From: Vulcanimicrobiota bacterium
Lineage (GTDB): Bacteria > Vulcanimicrobiota > JAJTBE01
Assembly: GCA_021107945.1 (NCBI GenBank)
Contig: JAIORV010000162.1
Coordinates: forward strand, 7,999-71,998
Length of the DNA: 64,000 bases
Direction of reading: 5' to 3'
Position numbers and translations under genes: made by a program. Below, in pieces: positions 39,141 through 49,085 of this stretch (positions are counted from its first letter, which is position 1; every line of letters begins with the position of its first letter). Below the pieces are notes generated by a model, which saw nothing but the letters and a program-made list of their open reading frames with translations, had not been told where the DNA came from and made no database searches.

Positions 39141-39184
39141 TTCAAACCTGACTCATACCACTTCCAATCTTCATCTTCCATTTT

Positions 39185-39922
39185 CTACCCGGGTACATAT
39201 CTCGCTTTCATATCGGGTTGATTCCCGTTGTGATTTACTTTGCTCTGCTCCATTATGGAAAAGAAATCAGCGTCATAAAACAGGCTGTCGCCATGTGCGG
39301 AGAAAAGCATATGTATTTTATAATTCAGGTTCCTGACAATTTCAATCGTACGGTTTATTGACTTGATTTTATCCCGGGGATCTACGAGATCATTACAATC
39401 ACTAAGATCTCCCAGATACCAGTCCCCTGTTATTATCGCGCCCTTGAAGACAATCAGCAGGTCGCTATAGGAATGTTTGGGAGCATGAATGAGATAGACA
39501 GGCTCCCCGCCAATATCACCGGTAAAAAGCTCCCCGGAAAAAACCGTATCAAAAAACCTGTGTCCTCCCATAACCCAATTTTTGCCCCTGGCGCTTCGTA
39601 GGTTTCTAACGATGTAATAACTGAAAAACGGATCAGATAAGAATGACTCATGAGTCACAAATTTTGCCTGGGGAAAGGTTTCCCTGAATTTTGGCAGAGT
39701 GAAAGAGTGATCCCAGTGGGAATGACTGAGAAAACCGTATTTTGGGAACAGCCTGTTCTTATTGAGATACATCTTTGCTTTTTCATACGGCGGTTTTTCA
39801 TTTTTCCTGAACGGCGGCATCTCAACTATTGCCGCCTCCCCGTTGTTTTCGAGAATCCAGCAGGCGTTTTTCAAATGCCCGTATCTTTTTAATATAGTAA
39901 AACCCTGGGCCGGTTTATTCAT
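39185..39922 (-). CDS. Metallo-beta-lactamase fold hydrolase
   Basis: SHSHWDH, APKHS, TGD and SAHG motifs; overlaps the comF stop. Confidence 0.85.
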   Translation of the reverse strand: MNKPAQGFTILKRYGHLKNACWILENNGEAAIVEMPPFRKNEKPPYEKAKMYLNKNRLFPKYGFLSHSHWDHSFTLPKFRETFPQAKFVTHESFLSDPFFSYYIVRNLRSARGKNWVMGGHRFFDTVFSGELFTGDIGGEPVYLIHAPKHSYSDLLIVFKGAIITGDWYLGDLSDCNDLVDPRDKIKSINRTIEIVRNLNYKIHMLFSAHGDSLFYDADFFSIMEQSKVNHNGNQPDMKARYVPG

Positions 39923-40670
39923 ATTTTTTTCTCTCCAATCCCGCCGTGCGGGAAAATGTGAATACATGTATTTTTGCCACTCCCGCCTCAGACAGTGCCC
40001 TGGAGCACTCCGACACGGTGGCGCCGGTTGTTATTATATCATCGACAAGCAGGATTGTCCTGCCTTTAATCTCATCTGACCGCTCTACCTTGAAAGCTTT
40101 TTTCACATTCTCCCATCTCTGTTTCGAATTAAGCTTGTGCTGGGGTTCGATTTTTCTTGTATGGGACAGGCATTCAAGTACGGGGATTTCCGATGCTTGG
40201 GAAACAGCTTGAGCTAAAAGTTGTGAGGTGGAGTTATTTACTTTTGCATACGATTGCCTGTGAGATGGAACCGGTATAATATATTTTGCCGGAAAGAGGA
40301 ATTCGTTCTCCCTGAAATATTCACATGCCCCTTTGAAAATGGCGGGAAATAAATCAATCTTGTTTTTAAATTTCAGTAAAGCCAAGGCCTCTTTCAATTT
40401 TCCATTATAATAAAAAGGGGACCGACAAAGAATATATCGGGGCTTATTAAGAATACAATCCTGGCAGATTTCCATTCCGGAATCTCTTAACGGATTCCCG
40501 CAAATTTTGCAAAGAGGTGGAAATATGGGATTAAATTCATTCAGGCATTTTCGGCAGATAGGTTCGCCGGTTTCGCTATCACATAGTCGGCAATGATTAG
40601 GAAAAATTAGTTCAAGAAGGTTGTCGAACAATCCCACCACGGTTATCTCTTTTTTCCTCTTTCCTGCCAT
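39915..40670 (-). CDS. comF: ComF family protein (double zinc ribbon + phosphoribosyltransferase)
   Basis: Four CxxC pairs, IIPVP and LLVDDIITTGAT. Confidence 0.92.
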   Translation of the reverse strand: MAGKRKKEITVVGLFDNLLELIFPNHCRLCDSETGEPICRKCLNEFNPIFPPLCKICGNPLRDSGMEICQDCILNKPRYILCRSPFYYNGKLKEALALLKFKNKIDLFPAIFKGACEYFRENEFLFPAKYIIPVPSHRQSYAKVNNSTSQLLAQAVSQASEIPVLECLSHTRKIEPQHKLNSKQRWENVKKAFKVERSDEIKGRTILLVDDIITTGATVSECSRALSEAGVAKIHVFTFSRTAGLERKKYE

Positions 40671-41305
40671 TTCGCTCTGAATGTTATCAGAAAAGACATG
40701 AGAATAAGCTTCAGGTCAAGGAAAAGATTGTATTTTTTAACATAAAGCAGGTCATATTTCAACTTGTTTTTCGGAGGTGTATTGTACCTGCCATAAACCT
40801 GGGCAAGTCCTGTAAGACCCGGGCGAACGATATGACGACTGTGGTAATGGGGAATCCTGTCTGCATAGTCGGAATCCACCAGCACCACTCGCTGTGGGCG
40901 CGGTCCTACAAAGCTCATATCACCCGCTAATATGTTTATAAGCTGTGGAAGCTCGTCCATGGCAGTCTTGCGAAGGAACCATCCCACCCTGGTGATCCTA
41001 TTGTCTTTTTGGCTTGCAAGGATCGGACCTGAGTCCTTTTCCGCATTGTGAACCATAGAGCGGAATTTCCATTGCCTGAAGGTCCTGCCTTTTTTCGAAT
41101 AACATATTTTGTGAAAGAAAATGGGTCCCCCTGATTCCAGTTTGATCAGGATTGAAATAATAACCCACATCGGAGCGGATATTATTAGTCCGAAAAGAGC
41201 AAGGAAAACATCAATAACTCTCTTTAGATAATCATAGATTCCTGTTATCCTGCGTGACTTGAAGGGAATATCATAACTCCCCGCCTGCAGTCTGTAAATC
41301 GTCAT
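40643..41305 (-). CDS. Bacterial sugar transferase (monotopic phosphoglycosyl transferase)
   Basis: KRVID, KFRSM, DNRITRVG, DELPQL, GDMSFVGPRP and PGLTGLAQV. Confidence 0.93.
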   Translation of the reverse strand: MTIYRLQAGSYDIPFKSRRITGIYDYLKRVIDVFLALFGLIISAPMWVIISILIKLESGGPIFFHKICYSKKGRTFRQWKFRSMVHNAEKDSGPILASQKDNRITRVGWFLRKTAMDELPQLINILAGDMSFVGPRPQRVVLVDSDYADRIPHYHSRHIVRPGLTGLAQVYGRYNTPPKNKLKYDLLYVKKYNLFLDLKLILMSFLITFRAKWQERGKKR

Positions 41306-41405
41306 ATTAAAGGTACCGCCATATCAGAATGGTATTTTTATATATTTGACACATATTATACAGAAAAGTTCCTGTTTATGCAAATTAATTTCCGGATATT
41401 TATTC

Positions 41406-41461
41406 ATCGCAAAGACCACAAAGATTTTAATCTTACCACGAAGCCAAGAAGGACACGAAGA
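41406..41461 (+). repeat. 9-bp-period dispersed repeat
   Basis: atcgcaaagaccacaaaga and accacgaagccaagaaggacacgaaga. Confidence 0.65.
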
Positions 41462-41489
41462 AATGTATGGGACTCCATTCTTTGTTCTC

Positions 41490-42395
41490 CTATTCCACTT
41501 TCTCCGGTTTCGAAATCATATCGAAGTCAAGGAGAATATCTTCAAGCATTCCACCGAGAACAAGCTTTTTATAGTCGGGAGATCCTCTTAGAGAAGACGC
41601 TCTTGGGTACAAATTTCCTTTAATCCATACTTTTGCAAGCTCAAGAACCTCGCCGTTTATTTCCTTATAAGACAGGATTGTTGTCAATTCCGCCGGGCAA
41701 ATCGGTGTTCTTGCAACCGCCGACAGGGCGACTCTCACCTTTCTTGAGACGACCTCGTCAGGATTCAGAACAAGAACCGATAGAGCACATGTTGCCAGAT
41801 CCTGTCCTTTCACCCTGCTAGCTCTCCTGTATGCCGATTTTGTACCCGCCGGGAATAGCGGAAAAATGATTGATGTGAGTATCTCCCCTTCTTTCAAGTC
41901 AGTCTTTCCGGGTCCCAACAGGAATTTCTCAACCGGTATTGTCCTGTAACCGCCGGTTCCGAATATCTTTACCTCTGCATCATATATAAGGCTCGGGCTT
42001 CCTCCCTCAGCTCCCGGCGCTCCGTTGGCAAGGTTTCCACCAAGAGTAGCCCTGTTTCGTATGTCATAGCAGCCGAATGATGATGAAGCCTGTATCAGTG
42101 CTGGAAAATGCTTCTTGATCCGCTCATTCTCATTAATTTGTGTCCATGTCGCGGTTGCGCCTATTGAAAGGCCTTCCTCATCCCATGTTATCTCATCCAG
42201 TCCCGGGATCCCCTTGATATCAACCACTTTTTTCGGGCGGATTCTACCCCCTCTTATTTTCACAAAAAGATCCGTTCCCCCGGCAAGTACCCGGGAGTTT
42301 TTGTCCTCAAGCAGGATTTTTACCGCCGACTCAAGTGATTCAGGTTTAATATAGTCAAAATCAGTCATAATAATATTTATCCGCTCCTTTTTCAA
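41490..42395 (-). CDS. Xanthine/CO dehydrogenase family FAD-binding (medium) subunit
   Basis: LAGGTDL, IRNRATLGGNL and GPGKT-L--GEIL. Start may be ATG 42368. Confidence 0.92.
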   Translation of the reverse strand: MKKERINIIMTDFDYIKPESLESAVKILLEDKNSRVLAGGTDLFVKIRGGRIRPKKVVDIKGIPGLDEITWDEEGLSIGATATWTQINENERIKKHFPALIQASSSFGCYDIRNRATLGGNLANGAPGAEGGSPSLIYDAEVKIFGTGGYRTIPVEKFLLGPGKTDLKEGEILTSIIFPLFPAGTKSAYRRASRVKGQDLATCALSVLVLNPDEVVSRKVRVALSAVARTPICPAELTTILSYKEINGEVLELAKVWIKGNLYPRASSLRGSPDYKKLVLGGMLEDILLDFDMISKPEKVE

Positions 42396-42714
42396 GGTGA
42401 TGGATATAGCCGGGTTTCTTACGGTATATAGAATATTTTTCGTTTGATATCAAATTCCCTTTTTTTGTGGATTATGGAAACATCGAATTTGCGAGGAATT
42501 GTTGTTGTTACTTATTGCCATAATAAACTCTGCGAGATCTGCATGAGCTTGTTGTTCCGCTGCAGCTTCAATGCATAATAATCAGATATATGGTATAATA
42601 TTTCAGTCAAAATATTCTTTATGAGAATTGTTTTCTATAATTTGGGTGAAACGTGGATATTTGGCGCGTAGATAAAACAAAAACATGAAATTTTTAGAAT
42701 CTGGAGGTTATAAG

Positions 42715-43170
42715 ATGAAAAGATATGGATTTATCCTGCCGTTATTGCTTATGTTTATTGTGGGCGTTTTTTGTTCCTGCTCTGAACGACAGCCGCAAAC
42801 CGGAACGGTATCAAAGGAAGAAGTTCAGAAAAAGGGTGTGGAGGCGTTGGAAACAACTTCCGCATATTTGAAAGAACAAAAAGATATTTATTTGGATGAG
42901 CTTGGTAAAAAGCTAGACGAGTATGACAAACAGATTGACGAGATAAAAAAACAGACCGAGTCACAGATGACAGATGACGAGAAAGAAAAGTTCCAGAAGA
43001 AAATGGAGGACCTGCAAAACAAACGAAAAGAGTTAGAGGATAAAATAGAAAAGCTCAAGGTCGCAGGCAAGGAAGCCTGGCAGGATTTAAAGCCCGGGAT
43101 TGATGAGGCCGTTAAAGATCTTGATAAGTCCTACGATAAGGCGCTGAAGGAATTCCAGGATAATAATTAA
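42715..43170 (+). CDS. Coiled-coil lipoprotein (resembles sll1863-like proteins)
   Basis: GGAGG RBS, lipobox-like FCSC, and L--LK-AG-EAW-DLK-G motif. Confidence 0.75.
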   Translation: MKRYGFILPLLLMFIVGVFCSCSERQPQTGTVSKEEVQKKGVEALETTSAYLKEQKDIYLDELGKKLDEYDKQIDEIKKQTESQMTDDEKEKFQKKMEDLQNKRKELEDKIEKLKVAGKEAWQDLKPGIDEAVKDLDKSYDKALKEFQDNN

Positions 43171-43194
43171 TCACCGCATTTAAAGATGGGGTTT

Positions 43195-43227
43195 GGGGAA
43201 GAGACTTTTTTGAAAAGTTTCTTCCCC
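43195..43227. terminator. Hairpin between convergent genes
   Basis: ggggaagagactttt...aaaagtttcttcccc stem. Confidence 0.6.
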
Positions 43228-43234
43228 TAATAAG

Positions 43235-44530
43235 CTATTGGGTTTCATCCAAAAACGGTATTGTTACCGAGGTATATACCGGGTCGTCATTAAACTCGCC
43301 TGTCGCCGGATGAAGCCATAATTCAAGGCGGTTGTCAGAGAAAGAATATACCAGGCTCTGAACCGTATATTTCCAGAAAATATCACCGTCATCATTGCCT
43401 CCCGCTCCGGGTTTGCTGTAACTCATTATTGTTTTAATGCCATCAACATTGTTCGTATCACCTTGCTGAGTGAGCATGCTTTTGAAATTGGCCCAACGCT
43501 CGGAATTAGATGGGAAATCGGTAAAATTATCAAAGTTGCCTTTTAATACAAAGGCGTTAACACATGCCATGGCATCGGTAATTCCCCATGTGATTCCAGG
43601 ATTCAATTCCGAGTCCTCGACTCTCAAGGCTCGATTTCTATCAAAGTCGTTTTCCAGCACTTTTGCCACATTTTTATCGGCAATAAACATATTGTTATTA
43701 TAGGCATAAATTCTTGACGGGTTTCCCAGGAACGCAGCCACTTCGTCCACGGTACTGGAGGTTTCAATTGCTTCTCGAATGTCAAGCATAACGGATCTTC
43801 TACCCACCGCAGAATAAGTTCCTCCTGTTGCGCTATACAGGTTAGACACAAAAATCCCGTCGCTGTTGATAGCTACGAGGTTTCCAATAATTCCCAGGTA
43901 TCCAAATGATACTACCTGCTTGCTTCCTGTCTTTGAATAAATAACGGCATTTACGTATCCCACCTGTCCTCTTGTGCCGGGAAACCAATCGGTATTTCTT
44001 CCCACAATGGTTTGCCCGGTTACGGAGCGGTTCCCATAAACGGCAACATTGGAGCAGGAAGTAGTAGTGCATATATCGGGATTGAAATTAAGAATAAGGA
44101 ATTCGTCTCTTGAAATTTTTCCGTCATTCAATACATTATTCGTTCCACCGCTGAGAACTGAGGCAAATCCTTCAATTTCATTCATGTATTGTGATTGTGC
44201 GCTTTTGGAGATTTCCAGAGCCCTCTCTATCAGGACCTCATAAGTTAAGTTGGGATCTTGTAGATATAGTCCTGCCACCATCTCTACGAGAACTGACTCC
44301 ACTTCCTTTTCATAGTCCGGAAAGGCGGATAGAACTTTAGTTCCATATTCTTTGCCGATAGTATATCGATCACCGCTGGAATAATCAATATTAACTTCAA
44401 AATGTGTTGTTTTTGATGTTATGGTCACGTAATCATCTGAATCTTCCGAACCACCGGTACTGCAACTTATGGTAATAAGAAGAGTCAGGGAAAGAATAAT
44501 TGCAAGAAAAAGTTTGAAATATTTGCTCAT
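43235..44530 (-). CDS. C45 family autoproteolytic acyltransferase/hydrolase (Ntn fold), lipoprotein
   Basis: GAGGAGG RBS, lipobox ITISC, nucleophile region SCSNVAV, IVGRNTDW and INSDGI. Confidence 0.8.
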   Translation of the reverse strand: MSKYFKLFLAIILSLTLLITISCSTGGSEDSDDYVTITSKTTHFEVNIDYSSGDRYTIGKEYGTKVLSAFPDYEKEVESVLVEMVAGLYLQDPNLTYEVLIERALEISKSAQSQYMNEIEGFASVLSGGTNNVLNDGKISRDEFLILNFNPDICTTTSCSNVAVYGNRSVTGQTIVGRNTDWFPGTRGQVGYVNAVIYSKTGSKQVVSFGYLGIIGNLVAINSDGIFVSNLYSATGGTYSAVGRRSVMLDIREAIETSSTVDEVAAFLGNPSRIYAYNNNMFIADKNVAKVLENDFDRNRALRVEDSELNPGITWGITDAMACVNAFVLKGNFDNFTDFPSNSERWANFKSMLTQQGDTNNVDGIKTIMSYSKPGAGGNDDGDIFWKYTVQSLVYSFSDNRLELWLHPATGEFNDDPVYTSVTIPFLDETQ

Positions 44531-44656
44531 AAAAGCCTCCTCATCGTAAAATTTATATAATATATAGTGAAACAAATCACATAGAAATCCTTCTGTAAAA
44601 GAGTTTCTAAGAAACAGAGTTTACTAAAGTGGTCGGCATTGTGGGGACCATAAAAC

Positions 44657-45610
44657 TTAATGACTCATAAAGAAATTCCAGATAACCTCACTTCCCTCAA
44701 TATCCATATTCTGGGGATTATCAGGATTGGAGCTTGCAGGAAATAACGACGGCAAATTATGACCTCCGCCAACAACTTCATAAAGAATCACGTCATTTCC
44801 GTTATTGCTTCTGTAGGTTTTTGTAAGAATATGACTTTTGTCCTTTTTGTTGATATCGGGCAAATTTTTCACTTCTGCTTTTTTTGATGCGCCGTTTCGA
44901 TTAATCCAGTACAGAACATTCTCATCACAGGACAGAACAAGGGACAATACATCCCCATTTATATTTACCTCGCCGCCTTTCCAGGGAACTATGGGATCGG
45001 AGGTTCCATTCATAATGAGAATCGGTAAAGGTTTAGTTTTTTTGTATTCTTTAGCTGATTTAACTCCCATACTTGATATTACCGGAGCTACCGCTTTTAG
45101 TTTTTCAGGAATCTCACAACTCAGCCGGTAAGTCATCTCACCGCCATTGGATATTCCCATTACATATATTCTGTTTGGATCAATATTATATTTTTGCTTG
45201 CATTTATCGATCAATGCCGATAAGAATCCCACGTCATCAACATCATCGGTAGCTTTATAGACTCCTCCCATCTTATCATTCCAGTGATTAGCTACAGCAT
45301 TGGGATATACAACAACAACTCCGTCTCTCTCGGCAAGTTCATTCAGTTTTCCCCCGGTCATCTTAATTATTTCCTGGGCTGACTGACCAAAACCATGCAG
45401 ACATAAAACCATTGGGGGCTTCTTTTTGTTATTCAGCTTTGACGGCACATAAACCAAATAATTCCGTTCAATATTGTTCATTTTCATGGACCCGGAGGAA
45501 AGATTCGCGTCCTTTTTAATTTCGTCTGAATAGCAGATGTAAGATGTCGTAAGGATCAATAGGGTTGCGATGCAAAGTATTGTTTTTAACACATTTTTCT
45601 TCAATTTCAT
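44657..45610 (-). CDS. Secreted alpha/beta hydrolase (LpqC / PHB-depolymerase-like esterase)
   Basis: LHG, DDVGF, GISNGG, GTSDPIVP and GGGH; signal peptide. Confidence 0.88.
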   Translation of the reverse strand: MKLKKNVLKTILCIATLLILTTSYICYSDEIKKDANLSSGSMKMNNIERNYLVYVPSKLNNKKKPPMVLCLHGFGQSAQEIIKMTGGKLNELAERDGVVVVYPNAVANHWNDKMGGVYKATDDVDDVGFLSALIDKCKQKYNIDPNRIYVMGISNGGEMTYRLSCEIPEKLKAVAPVISSMGVKSAKEYKKTKPLPILIMNGTSDPIVPWKGGEVNINGDVLSLVLSCDENVLYWINRNGASKKAEVKNLPDINKKDKSHILTKTYRSNNGNDVILYEVVGGGHNLPSLFPASSNPDNPQNMDIEGSEVIWNFFMSH

Positions 45611-45921
45611 TCTCCTTTAATAATTGCTCCTGGACTGTAAAAAACTTAATGTTTTTTTGGCGTGCATTATATAAATTAAGCAGGTATGGAGTTCAGCTAT
45701 TAGAACTATTGGATAATGGATACTGTTACAGGAATTTCAAAATATATTGGTGTCCTGTAACTTGAAAAATCGATACAGTACATGATATATCGGCAAATAT
45801 CGGATATATTATACTGTGTGCTCATCACTGAAAATCCTGGTTGTGTAAAGACTATCGATACTTTTTGGTGAGCAGATTTCATAGAAATCTGAGTTTATAA
45901 TTTCATGAAGGTGATTAATAA

Positions 45922-46497
45922 ATGATTGAAGAGAAGCTGGCAAACCTGGGAAAGAAGCTTGATAATCTGGTGGCGCAGGGGAGTAAGCTCTCAGGTAAGG
46001 CAAAGATTGAATTTGATAAGAAAATGCATCATTTGCGGGAAAAACAAAATAATGCCATAAGAAAAATCGATAAATTGAAGAGCTCCGGTGGTGATAAACT
46101 CAGGAGTTTGAAAACGAAAATGGATTCTCTTGTGAATGATCTTGGAAAATCTTATAATGAAACTCTTTCTAATTTTACAGGTTCAACGAAAAAAGTTGAA
46201 AAGGAAGAGAAAAAAAGAAGAAAAGAGTATCAAGAACAGGTAAAGAGCCGGCTGAAAGAATTCGATAAAAAGCTTGATGAGCTGGAAAAAAAGAAAAAGA
46301 GTCTGGAAAAAGATTCGAGGATTCACTTGAATGAGGGAATTGTCTTTTTGAAAAAGAAGCGGGATGAGACAAGAAAAAAATTCAGGGAATTGAAATCCTC
46401 TTCCGGAAAAAAGTGGGATGATCAAAAATCAATCCTGGACATGCTGATAGATGACCTTGATAAATCGTATGATGAGGCGATAAGATTTTTTTCTTGA
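45922..46497 (+). CDS. Coiled-coil protein with two units related to 42715-43170
   Basis: LKSSGG..DLGKSY and LKSSSG.KW..DLDKSYDEA. Confidence 0.75.
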   Translation: MIEEKLANLGKKLDNLVAQGSKLSGKAKIEFDKKMHHLREKQNNAIRKIDKLKSSGGDKLRSLKTKMDSLVNDLGKSYNETLSNFTGSTKKVEKEEKKRRKEYQEQVKSRLKEFDKKLDELEKKKKSLEKDSRIHLNEGIVFLKKKRDETRKKFRELKSSSGKKWDDQKSILDMLIDDLDKSYDEAIRFFS

Positions 46498-46561
46498 GGG
46501 CAAAAGATAATGCGCTACATGATTCTTTTTGGTTACTACTCAGCAGTAGATCCCAAAGGTA

Positions 46562-46672
46562 GAGATCCTTCGAAGTGTAATACATCGGAGGTATGGAATT
46601 TCCGTTCTTTCACTTCGTTCGAGGACAGCTTCTCAAGGAAAGTAAAAGAATCGTATTCCGCTCAGGATGACA
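46562..46672. repeat. Degenerate palindromic element (agatccttcg / cttcgttcgaggac / cgctcaggatgaca)
   Basis: Ends in aggatgac like the 11585-11655 element; intergenic between convergent genes. Confidence 0.45.
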
Positions 46673-46705
46673 ACTCCAATACTCCATTCATAATGACATC
46701 AAGAA

Positions 46706-48907
46706 TCAGGAAACAGGCAATTCGGGGATATTAATTTCCGGTAATTCTGGAATATCGGAATCTTCCGGGTGATTTTCATCTATTTCCTGTATCTCCGGAA
46801 TATCGGAATCATAGGAACTCTCCGGGTGACTTTCATCTATTTCCGGTAATTCCGGAATATCGGAATCGTCAGAATCATCGGAACCCTGCGGGTGACTTTC
46901 ATCACTATATTCTTCCATGTCCTCCGGCAATTCCAGTAATTCAATTTCATCCGATTCATCCGACTCATCAGGCGTAATCTCCTCATCAGAAATTGCGGGA
47001 GTGTCTTTTTCTTCCAACTCTACAAAATTCTCCGGTATTTCATATGACGGTGGAGATTCCATCTCTTCCGGCATATCTGGGACCTCAGGCACTATGGGCA
47101 TTTCTTCTTCTAATGTTTCCATCTCTTTACCAAATACATATCCGTCAATGAATTTCATCATTCTCTCAAAAAGTGCGACACGAGTCTCAAGTCTTGCCAT
47201 TGAATGACCTTCCGCTTCGAAAAGTTCTTCTTCAAAAACTTTTCCTTCCATGGAAAGCTTTTCTCGAAGCTGTTCCATTTCATCTACGGGAACTCTTGGG
47301 TCGTTTTTTCCATAGAGAATTAATAATGGACAATTGATATTTTCAACGAAGTTAATCGGTGACCTGTCCTGATAATAATCAGGATCTTCTTCTATAGGTT
47401 TGAATCCATACTTCTTATCCAATATCGGTTTTAACCAGGATGCTGAATTATTATAGAACGATTCCAGATTTACCGGTCCCATAAAGTTTATGGCCGCCGC
47501 CCAGAGTTCAGGTTTTTTTGTTGCGGCCATCATTGTCATATAGCCGCCATAGCTTCCCCCTGCGACAATTACTTTTTCAACATCCGCGTTTGGATCTTCT
47601 TTGAGGAATTCCACGGCATGCGAAATATCCTGGAGATCATCGCCGCCCCAATCGTGGAACACCTTGTTCTCAAACTCCGTTCCATATCCTGTTGACCCCC
47701 TGACGTTGGGAGCCAGGACGGCAATGTCGTTGAGGAGGAATAATTGAATGAAGGGATTCCAACTGTTGAAATGCTGATGTGTGGGTCCTCCATGAATCCA
47801 GATAAGAACCGGGTACTTTTCGACATTCTCCGGCTTATAATAAAGTGCTGGAATTTCGAGTTCATCGAAAGATTTATATCTAATTCTTTCGGGCTTTACG
47901 AAGTGATCGGGCTGTAGTCCGAAGATGGTGGAATCTGTAATTTTCCTGAATGATTTTTGTTCTTTTATAAAAATCTCGGCAGGCTTGTTTGGAGTTGAAA
48001 GTAGCGACGCAATTTTATCATCGTTGTTTGAATATCTTAAACAGGCACATAGGTAGCCCTCGGGTGTTATCCTTCTTGCTGATTTTGGAGGATAATCCCA
48101 TTCAAATGCGGTTAAATGTGCATCTTCATTTTCAATATATGCGAAACGGTCTCCCTTGTGATTCCATTTTGCAAAATGCCTTTCACATTTTTTCTCCGGC
48201 ATCCACATGGTCTTCCGGGTCTCAACCTCCATAAGCACCACATTCTTTGTTCCTTTTGAGTCCGATGTGAAAGCAATGGTCTTGGAATCGGGAGAGAAAT
48301 GCGGTCCAGTGTTCTCTCCGCCGAGGCCCGCTGTCATATTTGAAACTTTCAGTGTATCCAGGTTAACGATACAGATGTCGGCTTTCAACTTATCCTGGAA
48401 ACTGGTATATGCTATTTGTTTTCCGTTTTCTGCCCAGTTGAGTTCCATCTTGAGATTCTTGGTGTCTGTCAGCCAAAAAAGTGCTTCAGTATCTATGTCC
48501 AGGGCTACTATATTATATTCCCCGTCTTTTTCCGCAATAAACCCAATCCTTGAGCTATCCGGCGACCAGTCAAAAAATGGAAGTGAAATCTTGATATCTT
48601 CCGTAATACATCTGGGAGTTCCGCCACTGGTGGAAAGTAATAATATCTTGTAATTTTCCTTTCCGCAATAGTCAACACATATAGCCATAGTCTTGCCGTC
48701 GGGGGAAAGCTTGATAGCTTTGACATCTCCCTCGTCAAGAACAGCCATTAATCTTGGGTATCCTCCTTTTGCGGGGATCGCCCAGACTCTATAATACTTT
48801 CCCAGGTTTGTTACATAAAAAACGAAATCGTCTTCCTTGCTCCATTGAAGATCGAGAATCGTCTTGTTTGCCGCCAGGTGTTTTGCAGTTATTTCACTTT
48901 TCTCCAT
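46706..48907 (-). CDS. S9 family peptidase (beta-propeller + hydrolase) with acidic repetitive tail
   Basis: WSPD propeller repeats, IHGGP, GGSYGG, NDPRV and EGH. Confidence 0.93.
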   Translation of the reverse strand: MEKSEITAKHLAANKTILDLQWSKEDDFVFYVTNLGKYYRVWAIPAKGGYPRLMAVLDEGDVKAIKLSPDGKTMAICVDYCGKENYKILLLSTSGGTPRCITEDIKISLPFFDWSPDSSRIGFIAEKDGEYNIVALDIDTEALFWLTDTKNLKMELNWAENGKQIAYTSFQDKLKADICIVNLDTLKVSNMTAGLGGENTGPHFSPDSKTIAFTSDSKGTKNVVLMEVETRKTMWMPEKKCERHFAKWNHKGDRFAYIENEDAHLTAFEWDYPPKSARRITPEGYLCACLRYSNNDDKIASLLSTPNKPAEIFIKEQKSFRKITDSTIFGLQPDHFVKPERIRYKSFDELEIPALYYKPENVEKYPVLIWIHGGPTHQHFNSWNPFIQLFLLNDIAVLAPNVRGSTGYGTEFENKVFHDWGGDDLQDISHAVEFLKEDPNADVEKVIVAGGSYGGYMTMMAATKKPELWAAAINFMGPVNLESFYNNSASWLKPILDKKYGFKPIEEDPDYYQDRSPINFVENINCPLLILYGKNDPRVPVDEMEQLREKLSMEGKVFEEELFEAEGHSMARLETRVALFERMMKFIDGYVFGKEMETLEEEMPIVPEVPDMPEEMESPPSYEIPENFVELEEKDTPAISDEEITPDESDESDEIELLELPEDMEEYSDESHPQGSDDSDDSDIPELPEIDESHPESSYDSDIPEIQEIDENHPEDSDIPELPEINIPELPVS

Positions 48908-49085
48908 TAATTTTCACTCCTCAGGGTCCATGTATATTCGATTGCTATAAAAAAATTAAGTTTGTATCTCGGGGGATACAGATTAATGCCAAATCAATTA
49001 TTAGAGGAACTGATTGCCTCTTGAGATTTTTTCTTCTCCTGTCCGGGATTTCCTGTTTTGATCAATCATTTTAATATTCATTATA

